This document shows positions 38,395 through 45,553 of a stretch of 64,000 nucleotides of DNA, piece by piece (the stretch's first letter is position 1; each line of letters begins with the position of its first letter). A program made the translations under genes and the position numbers. The DNA lies in NCBI GenBank assembly GCA_002254565.1, contig NJEG01000003.1, positions 102 through 64,101 on the forward strand, read 5' to 3'. The DNA comes from Candidatus Altiarchaeales archaeon ex4484_2 (GTDB lineage Archaea; Altiarchaeota; Altiarchaeia; IMC4; QMZM01). The notes beneath the pieces are model-generated. The model saw only the letters and a list, made by a program, of their open reading frames with translations, was not told where the DNA came from and ran no database searches.

Positions 38395-39902
38395 CTGAGC
38401 TTTAGGAACACAACCACAGCCACGACCGCTAAAACCAGCAGAATCAACAAAACCCCTCCAATAATCAATAATAGCATCATATCCATTCCACCACCCTCCT
38501 CTGCTTGGGTGGTGGTTGTGGCGGGTATTGTCGATGGCACTGGTTTTAGTAAGGTTGTTGTTGTTATCTTAATGGTCGAGGTTGTTGATTTTAGGGTGGT
38601 TGTTGTGATGCTTGTTGTTGTAGTAGAACCTGCCCTGATATCCACATCAAAAACCCGCAGTTCTCCTTGGTCGTAGTTGTGGTCTAGTTGGGCCTCCTGC
38701 CAGCCGAAACCGGATGCTATCTCCAAGCTACCGTCTGAGTCGAAGTCTCCTACAGCAATCATCCGGGCGTTTATTTCTTTCTGTTTTTCCAAAATAGTGT
38801 ACATCCAACCAGTCAGGTTCTCCCCATCCGATCCGAACACCTGTATGGATTTAACGCTGCCTGTGATGATTTCTTTGATATTGTCTTTGTTCAAATCCGC
38901 TGTTTCAATACTCAGTATCGTGCTGTCTATCTCTGAATCCCATTTTTTCACGCCATCTGAGTCTACAACGTATAGTTTCGGGTAGGAGCTGAAGATTATC
39001 TCTTTCCTGCCGTCGTTGTCTAAATCCTTCGCCCTGACTGATGAGACCAGCCGCTCTGTTTTATAGTTCCACATCTCGTTTCCTTGGTTGTTGAGTACGA
39101 TGAGTTTATTGTCGTATGCTGCTACCAGAATCTCTTTCCCTCCGTTGTTGTCTATGTCGCTGATGCTTATGCTGTAGTCGTTTGCCTGATAGACTCCCTT
39201 ATCTATTTCATAACTCCATTCTGTTTTGCCTTTTGAATTCAGGACATATAGTGTTGCCTTCTTCCTCTGATCGTTTGTTAATGCTATTATCTCCATCTCA
39301 GGATCCGAGTCAATGTCTACTGCTTTCACGTAGTATGCTGGGTTGTCTAATTCTGCTGTCCACTTGATGCCAAGTTTCAGGTTCCATGAGGATTCAATCT
39401 GTTCCAACAAATATATTTTTCCATGTTTACCAGCAAGTAATATCTCGTTTACGCCGTCTCCGTCGAAGTCTCCCACATCCATAGAGGATATCGAGTCCAG
39501 AGCTTCCTTGGGTTTATATTTCACGGTGGTATCAAGCCCCAGAACATAAAGATATCTGTCCCTATCCAGGGATGTTACTAGCACATCTTTCTCCCCGTCT
39601 CGGTCGAAGTCCATGACCTGAAGGTCTGTTATCTCGTCTTCTATCCCAATGAACTGCCAGGTAGCTGTCCATTGATCCTCACAGTCTTTTAGTTTTAGAT
39701 TGTATACTACGCCGTTGCTTGAGCCGGCGAAGATTTCAGGTATGCCATCATTATTTAAATCAGCTGCCTTCACCAGTTTAATGTGGGGGCCGTTTGTTTC
39801 ATATACGCATGCTGTTTTTATTCCCTCATCTACCGCGGATACGCTGTAGACTAGGAAGGCTATAATCACCCAGTACATTATTTTTGTTTTCATCTTTTTC
39901 AA
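38343..39902 (-). CDS. Secreted FG-GAP/VCBS-repeat (integrin-alpha-like beta-propeller) protein with a Thr-rich stalk and a TM anchor. Its C-terminal tail is truncated.
   Basis: Signal peptide. Eight Dx[DN]xDGxxE[IV] repeats (DLNNDGIPEIF, DFDRDGEKDVLV, DFDGDGVNEILL, and others). TTTTSITTTTLKSTTSTIKITTTT stalk and a TM helix. Confidence 0.8.
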   Translation of the reverse strand: MKKMKTKIMYWVIIAFLVYSVSAVDEGIKTACVYETNGPHIKLVKAADLNNDGIPEIFAGSSNGVVYNLKLKDCEDQWTATWQFIGIEDEITDLQVMDFDRDGEKDVLVTSLDRDRYLYVLGLDTTVKYKPKEALDSISSMDVGDFDGDGVNEILLAGKHGKIYLLEQIESSWNLKLGIKWTAELDNPAYYVKAVDIDSDPEMEIIALTNDQRKKATLYVLNSKGKTEWSYEIDKGVYQANDYSISISDIDNNGGKEILVAAYDNKLIVLNNQGNEMWNYKTERLVSSVRAKDLDNDGRKEIIFSSYPKLYVVDSDGVKKWDSEIDSTILSIETADLNKDNIKEIITGSVKSIQVFGSDGENLTGWMYTILEKQKEINARMIAVGDFDSDGSLEIASGFGWQEAQLDHNYDQGELRVFDVDIRAGSTTTTSITTTTLKSTTSTIKITTTTLLKPVPSTIPATTTTQAEEGGGMDMMLLLIIGGVLLILLVLAVVAVVVFLKLRSGKKEEKPPAEPPASS

Positions 39903-39923
39903 TCACATGATTCTGTTAAATAA

Positions 39924-40562
39924 TTATTTGTTCCTGTGCATAAAACATGATAGTAGAAGCAGTTTCTCGAAAGCTATTTTTTTCTCTGCTGTTATTTCAA
40001 CACCCAACCCCAGCTTCCTCAATTCCTCCACCACCTCACCTGGATTGTTTAGTGATGAAACCACCAGCTGCATTCCACCCCTCGGCTCCAGGTAGGCCTT
40101 GAATTCGCGGATGAATTCATCTATCACCTCTCGTCCTCCCACCCCTCCACACCACGCCTTTTCTAGCATGTTTTTTCCCGTAACCGGCAGGTAGGGTGGG
40201 TTGAATAGTATGAGATTGAATTTCTCTTTTTTCTTTATGTTCCTGAATAGATTGCTTTCCCTGAATTCTATGTTCCCTGCCTTGTTTAATCCGGCGTTCT
40301 CTTCCGCCAGCTTCAATGCCAGGGGGTTCACGTCCACTGCCAGCACACAGGATGCCGTATCTGAGGCAATTATTGCCTGCAGGCCTGTTCCGGTGCCCAT
40401 GTCCAGGACAGTGTCTCCTTCCTCCACAAGCTGGTTGTCTGCCAAAAGAAGTGAGTCCTCTGCGGGCTTGTACACCTGCTCGCTTGTCTTTATTTTGTGG
40501 TCATGGTAGTAGTGCATATTTATCCATGGAAGACAACATATATTTATTGTAGGATGAAACAT
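39924..40562 (-). CDS. HemK/Mtq2-like SAM-dependent methyltransferase.
   Basis: VLDMGTGTGLQAI SAM motif and NPPY motif (LILFNPPYLP). The true start may be the internal M at 40517. Confidence 0.8.
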   Translation of the reverse strand: MFHPTINICCLPWINMHYYHDHKIKTSEQVYKPAEDSLLLADNQLVEEGDTVLDMGTGTGLQAIIASDTASCVLAVDVNPLALKLAEENAGLNKAGNIEFRESNLFRNIKKKEKFNLILFNPPYLPVTGKNMLEKAWCGGVGGREVIDEFIREFKAYLEPRGGMQLVVSSLNNPGEVVEELRKLGLGVEITAEKKIAFEKLLLLSCFMHRNK

Positions 40563-41069
40563 ACTGTTGCATTATCTGGCAGCTTCCAAGGAAGTAGTGA
40601 GGCCTTGTTCCGGAATCTCCCGAAGGAGGGGGTTATTCATTCCTCCCTTATTGGGCGGGAGGTTGTTTTCAGGGTGAGAAGTGATAGACTGGATGAAATC
40701 AAAAGCCACCTCTCCAGTATTGGTGTGGAGAACATCAGCATCCTTGAGTGGCGTGAGTCGGGTATGACCTTATCCGGCTCCGGGCTGGGTTCTGATGATG
40801 CTGGTGTGGTGGAGGTTTCCCTGATTCCAACAGCCTCAGGAGAGGGTTTCAGGCAGCTGGCTGTTTTAAGCGAACTAAGCTTTGAGAGATCTTTTCTCCT
40901 GAAGGTTAAGGGCAGGGTTGAGGATGTGTTGGAGGATGCTGGTTTAACTGACGTGCTCTATACGGTAAGAATCAAGAGCGACTCCCAGTTGGAGGAGATA
41001 CTGGATGCTGCCTCAATCGCCACCCTGAATGCGGTCTTTGACGCAAGCGGTGTAATCGCCATAGACTAA
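40554..41069 (+). CDS. Hypothetical protein.
   Basis: I chose the internal ATG at 40554 (MKHTVAL...) to avoid overlap with the divergent methyltransferase gene. No motif recognised. Confidence 0.45.
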   Translation: MKHTVALSGSFQGSSEALFRNLPKEGVIHSSLIGREVVFRVRSDRLDEIKSHLSSIGVENISILEWRESGMTLSGSGLGSDDAGVVEVSLIPTASGEGFRQLAVLSELSFERSFLLKVKGRVEDVLEDAGLTDVLYTVRIKSDSQLEEILDAASIATLNAVFDASGVIAID

Positions 41070-41073
41070 GGCA

Positions 41074-41102
41074 GGAACAAACAGTAGTACGTCTTTATTC
41101 CA
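41074..41102. repeat. Left copy of an imperfect ~30-bp direct repeat flanking the 41.1-42.4 kb cassette.
   Basis: GGAACAAACAGTAGTACGTCTTTATTCCA versus GGAATAAACAAGTAGTTATGTCTTTATTCCA at 42394: 27 matches, 2 mismatches, 2 single-base gaps. Confidence 0.75.
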
Positions 41103-41208
41103 TTTCTCTGATGAATTATTACAAGCCCGTAGCTATAGGGTTATCTAGGGGGTATAGGAGCCTACACAAAATAAACCATTATCTTACTAGAGGTTGGGGT
41201 GTATGAGG

Positions 41209-42318
41209 TTATCTTAGATTAATGAATACCAGTATCTCCCCGAAGCCTTCTTTATTGTATGGCTGGAGAGCTAATCCCACGGTCGGTGATTCTCCTGTTG
41301 CCTTCATACCCACCCCTGGTGTGGAGGATAGCATAATTCGGTCGCCGACTGCGATGGGTCCGTTCTCTGGGGAGACCTTCACCAGCACTCTGCCGGCTAG
41401 GGATACGAGAACCCTTGTTTCGTTGCTGAATTCTTCATCTGCGAACCCCCCTAAAAGGATTCCTGGATTGGCTGAGACCACCCCGATGAGCGGTAAATTT
41501 TTTTGGGCTTTCTGGACGAACACGGGATTCTTCAAATCTAAAGCAACCAGGTCACCTGGTTCTAGGGTGGTGTCTTTTGTCGGATAGTTTTCTGCCAGAT
41601 CCATTTCAGTAACTGCGGTATGTTCAGCGTATATGCTGCCTTGGGTGCGGACTGCATTATCGCAGTTGTCGCCTCCGTCGTCTACGCACAAAACCCCGTC
41701 ATCTATTATCAGGGAGGTTGGGGGTACCTTCCCTGGAGGGACCTCATCTGTGGGGTTGCCCATGTAGATGTTCCCATCACCCCTGATAATCATCCTCGTT
41801 GTTAAGGGGTTGCCTACGCCTGCACCTGTGTTCTCTCTGGTGCGGAATTCAAGTCTTATGGGGCAGTCATCGATTACTGAACACATGCTCCCGTCTGCTA
41901 CAGCCCTGATCTGCGCACCAATCTGGAAATTACCGGGTGAGGGCTGACAGTAGGAATAGAACCCGATCGCTCCAATCGGGTCGTTTGCGGCTGGATTGAA
42001 CGGGTGGCCGCTAGGGGAGTCAGGGCTGTTGCGGGTGCCGGTTGCTCAATAAATGTTAAGGTCTGCTGTCTCGCTTCCGTAGGAGTAGAGGTTGATGTCG
42101 CCGGATCCGTCTTCGCTGTCAATCCGCAATCCACCTGCTAGGAGATGAATTAGTGCTAATGGGTTTGTCTCTCAGATGCCTACCCTATCGCCTGAGGGGA
42201 AAACATAGTCTCCCTGCTGGAAGGTTCCGGGAGATATCTCTTCCGCTGGATGACCCTGTATCGGAGGGCTCTGCGAGAAGACATAGACTGCAAGAGAACA
42301 CAAAACCAGAACCACCAT
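41209..42318 (-). pseudogene. Secreted tail-fiber-like protein gene. It keeps a single reading frame that is interrupted only by two in-frame TGA codons (42172-42174 and 42046-42048).
   Basis: My hand translation of the minus frame from ATG 42318 (MVVLVLCSLAVYVFSQS...) to 41209 gives one continuous frame: ...DRVGI-TGA-ETNPLALIHLLAGGLRID...LNIY-TGA-ATGTRNSP...MCSVIDD.... The tracked 42172-42393 and 41209-41886 ORFs share this frame. Confidence 0.65.
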
Positions 42319-42393
42319 AATACCGTAAGCATGCCTCCTCCCGATATTAAAGTTTACATTGAATTCTATTATCCCCACCTCATTAGATAACAA

Positions 42394-42424
42394 GGAATAA
42401 ACAAGTAGTTATGTCTTTATTCCA
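42394..42424. repeat. Right copy of the imperfect ~30-bp direct repeat; it overlaps the fae-hps stop codon.
   Basis: See the left copy. The TAA stop of fae-hps (42417-42419 on the minus strand) lies inside this repeat. Confidence 0.75.
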
Positions 42425-43518
42425 CGTGCACACGCTTTAGGTCTATGTCTCCGCCTATGAAATCCAGGAACTGCCTTACTGAGCCTTCAACGTCCCTGGA
42501 CTGTGTGATACTCCGCCCTACTATGATTATATCAGCGCCCTCCTTTACCGCCTCCGGCGCCGTCTGGGGGTCTATCCCTCCTGCGACAGCGACCATCAAT
42601 TTCGGGTTCTTCTTCTTCAGCTCCTTTATGAGATGCCATCTCTGCTCCTGCCTTCCTTCCGCGTCAACGCACCGGTGGAGTATCATTATATCAGGCAGGT
42701 CCTTCAGCTCCCCTAGTAGGGCAACAGGGTCTTCCACGTTCATGGTGTCTACTATTGCGTAGATTCCAAGCCTGTGGGCTTCGTAGATGAACTTGTCCAG
42801 CACCTCAGGGGCGGCCAGACCTGAGGCCGAAATCGCTTTTGGTGACCTCTCTGATTTCTTTTATCACCTGAACCCCGTATCTCTTGATTAGTGGAGTGCC
42901 TGCCTCCAGTATTATTTTATCGCTTTTGGGGACCTGAGCTATGACTTTCTTCACCCTCTCTATGTCCGGGACATCTAATGCTATCTGGAGGTATGGTGTA
43001 TTCCATTCCGGTAGTCTTGGTACCTTAAAGCCCATTATTGGATGCACCGCCCGATCTTTATCGTATCTTATTTTTTCTGCGTTGGGGTAGTCTGTTAAGG
43101 CTCTTTTGAGTGCCAGCTTTGTTGCCCCGTAGTTATATTGGTATATCTTCCTATAATCTATTGCCTCAGGGTGTATGAATACGGAGACTATAACAACCCA
43201 TTCATCTATTTTAGCCAGGGGTATGACTTCTTCTTCTACTGAGTCCGCTATTGCTTTGGCAACGGCTGCCTGTGCGGGCCCGAATATTTTCTCCACATCC
43301 TCCATGCCCTGGACTGTTACTTTAGGCACCACGAGGGTGTATGGTTTCGCCGGCAGGTTTGGTCTAATAACTGAGAGCAAGGGTGTATGTCCCTTGGATA
43401 GTTGCGTGAGGCCGTTAGCGAATGCTTCGCCGACGACACCCTCTTTTTCACCGATCATCAAATCAACGTGCGCTACTTCATTACCTGAGCCGACAAGTGC
43501 TTCACCAATCTTGAACAT
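42417..43518 (-). pseudogene. fae-hps: Bifunctional formaldehyde-activating enzyme / 3-hexulose-6-phosphate synthase (Fae-Hps), split by a frameshift near 42805-42845.
   Basis: Fae part: [23 protein letters not shown].... The Hps part starts at YLQIALDV...ILEAGTPLI. The frame changes after EIREVT, and Hps resumes in another frame: [30 protein letters not shown]...VAVAGGI...IIIVGRSI. Confidence 0.75.
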
Positions 43519-43689
43519 TTTTTTTTTGAAATGAATTTATTAATTATGCGTCATTACTTAAATGCTGACTTCACATGATGCTGAGACATATATCCCAGAA
43601 TGATGATGCTAGTGATTAATGTGATTGGATTGAAGCTATTGCTATGATTGTCACACCCGTTGGTCTATCAGTCATTTTCGTCTATATTT

Positions 43690-44922
43690 TCAAGGTAACC
43701 TGTATTTCCGTCTGCTTTCTGTGAGTGCTTCTACTGCAGGGAGCCTGTATCCGGCCAGCAGGTTCACGCACGCGCTTCCCCCGGAGCTTATGTGCGTTAT
43801 GTCCCCGTGGAGGTCTAGTTTTTTTGCTGCCGCCACCGTGTGCCCTCCCCCGATAACAGAGAAGGCATTGGATTCCGCGATAGCCTTCAGTATCTCCTCG
43901 GTGCCGTACTTGAATTTCGGGTCCTCGAACACACCCAGCGCGCCGTTAGCGAAGATGGTGCCCGAGTTCATTAGTATCTCCCTGTATTTCTCAACTGTGT
44001 TGTGGCCTATGTCGCTGATTTTGTAGTTCTTGGGCAGGTCGCTTACCGGTATCTCCATCCTCTCCCCGTAGTGGTCTAGCGCCAGGTCAGAGGGTAGTAT
44101 TATCCTGTCAGAGTACTCCTCCAGCAACTCCTTCCCCACATCAATCTGGTCCACCATCTTCTTCCCCCTGATGAATTCTATGCTGGGATCCCCGATCCGG
44201 TATCCCTTAGCAGCTAATAGGATGTTGGCTACCACACCCCCTGCCAGGATGTATTCGGTGTCGTTGTTCAGGGCTTTCCTGGCTATCTTCAGGGAATCAT
44301 CTGCCTTCGTACCCCCTAATACGAAGGTTATGGGTTTCTTGGGTTTCTTGAGTATGCCTTCTATCGTGTCTATCTCCTTCTGCATCAGCCTGCCCGCAAG
44401 AGACTTCATTACTGTTGGGAATCCTACCACTGTGGGTTGGCTTCTGTGCGCGGTGGCGAAGGCGTCATTTACGTACACGTCGAAGGAGTCCTTTAGTTTC
44501 TGGACGATGAATGTTTTGGCTTGCACATCACTTGGCCTGTTGATTACTTCCTCGCTATGGAAGCGGCAGTTTTCCAGTAGAATCAGGTCCCCCTCCTTCA
44601 TCTCTTCCACCTCTTTGAGGACGTAGCTGCTGAATATGGAGTCCACGTATTTCACCTCCCGATCCACTACTTCACTTAGTCGTTTAGCGTGCCTTTCGAG
44701 GGTGGTGAAGTCCATATCCCCTGGTCTGCCCTGGTGTGCTAACACAACAGTCCTGGCTCCTGAATCAACAAGTTCCTTGAGGGTTTCCTGGTGGGAGTTG
44801 AATCTCCGGTAGTCCATCAGCTCCCCTGTTTTGGGGCTTATGGGTGTGTTTATGTCTATCCTTAATAACACCCTCTTTCCCTTGAAGTCGTAGTCGTCCA
44901 TAGAGTATACCTGTTGCATCAT
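43690..44922 (-). CDS. pgk: Phosphoglycerate kinase.
   Basis: KGKRVLLRIDINTP..., AHQGRPG, and GGGHT... motifs; archaeal length of 410 aa. Confidence 0.9.
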   Translation of the reverse strand: MMQQVYSMDDYDFKGKRVLLRIDINTPISPKTGELMDYRRFNSHQETLKELVDSGARTVVLAHQGRPGDMDFTTLERHAKRLSEVVDREVKYVDSIFSSYVLKEVEEMKEGDLILLENCRFHSEEVINRPSDVQAKTFIVQKLKDSFDVYVNDAFATAHRSQPTVVGFPTVMKSLAGRLMQKEIDTIEGILKKPKKPITFVLGGTKADDSLKIARKALNNDTEYILAGGVVANILLAAKGYRIGDPSIEFIRGKKMVDQIDVGKELLEEYSDRIILPSDLALDHYGERMEIPVSDLPKNYKISDIGHNTVEKYREILMNSGTIFANGALGVFEDPKFKYGTEEILKAIAESNAFSVIGGGHTVAAAKKLDLHGDITHISSGGSACVNLLAGYRLPAVEALTESRRKYRLP

Positions 44923-45008
44923 TTTTTTCTCACGATTGTTTTTTTAAGTTAGTCTTGTATTGTTTAATTATCCCTGTCTTTGAATAAAACAGGCTGCGGG
45001 ATTAAAAG

Positions 45009-45509
45009 ATGCTGGATTTGGAGGTTTTTTTCACCAGGAGGAAGGGACAGCTTAGGGTTGCCAAGTTTATCTTAAGAAATGGTTTAAGGGTTTCCCCCGA
45101 CGGGGGTCTCTACTTTAAGGATATCGAAGTTCCTCACACCTCCATAGCCCGGGTCTTGGATGTGGACAGGAGGCTTATTAGTGCTACGATAGATTCTATC
45201 CTCTCTGATGAGCGGTTGAGGGGCATCTACACTAAACTGGATTCCATGGTTTTGTTAAGGGATGTTGCTTCCGAACTCGGCTTCGGAGCTATTGAGGTTA
45301 TCCCGACTGATGCCGCCTCCAGGGGTATTGTTGCTGATATTGCGGGTATTATTGCAGATTCCGGGATTATTGTGAGGCAGTTAACGACTGATGATCCTAT
45401 GTTCAAGAATGCTAAGATGCTTGTAGTAACCGAGAAACCGTTGCCCAGGGAGTTGATTGACAGGATTCTGGAGCTCCCTGAGGTGGAGAAGGTTGTGGTA
45501 TTGAATTGA
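45009..45509 (+). CDS. Putative ACT-domain regulator of amino acid metabolism (COG2150-like).
   Basis: About 166 aa, with an N-terminal HTH-like segment and a C-terminal ACT-like beta-alpha-beta pattern. Recalled family resemblance only. Confidence 0.5.
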   Translation: MLDLEVFFTRRKGQLRVAKFILRNGLRVSPDGGLYFKDIEVPHTSIARVLDVDRRLISATIDSILSDERLRGIYTKLDSMVLLRDVASELGFGAIEVIPTDAASRGIVADIAGIIADSGIIVRQLTTDDPMFKNAKMLVVTEKPLPRELIDRILELPEVEKVVVLN

Positions 45510-45553
45510 TGTTTTACCTGATTCTTAGGTGGATTACCTAATTTTTAGGTAAA

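Noticed and set aside
41103-41208. Selenocysteine as the explanation for the two in-frame TGAs, with an archaeal SECIS element expected in the 3' UTR.
   Set aside because: I see no GC-rich SECIS-like hairpin in the 3' flank. Neither TGA lies in a redox (CxxU-type) context, and no Sec machinery is in the window. It is kept only as a low-probability alternative within the finding.
41898-42134. The tracked 78-aa ORF between the two halves of the tail-fiber-like gene.
   Set aside because: It is in a different frame and has a Thr/Pro/Ala-rich, meaningless composition. The frame shared by the flanking ORFs reads through this stretch with a sensible sequence and only one TGA.
43519-43689. A possible C/D box sRNA, because ATGATG and CTGA strings occur near ATGATGCTGAGAC and AATGATGATGC.
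   Set aside because: The box order and spacing do not fit C - ~12 nt - D' - C' - ~12 nt - D on either strand. This is more likely just the AT-rich fae-hps promoter region.
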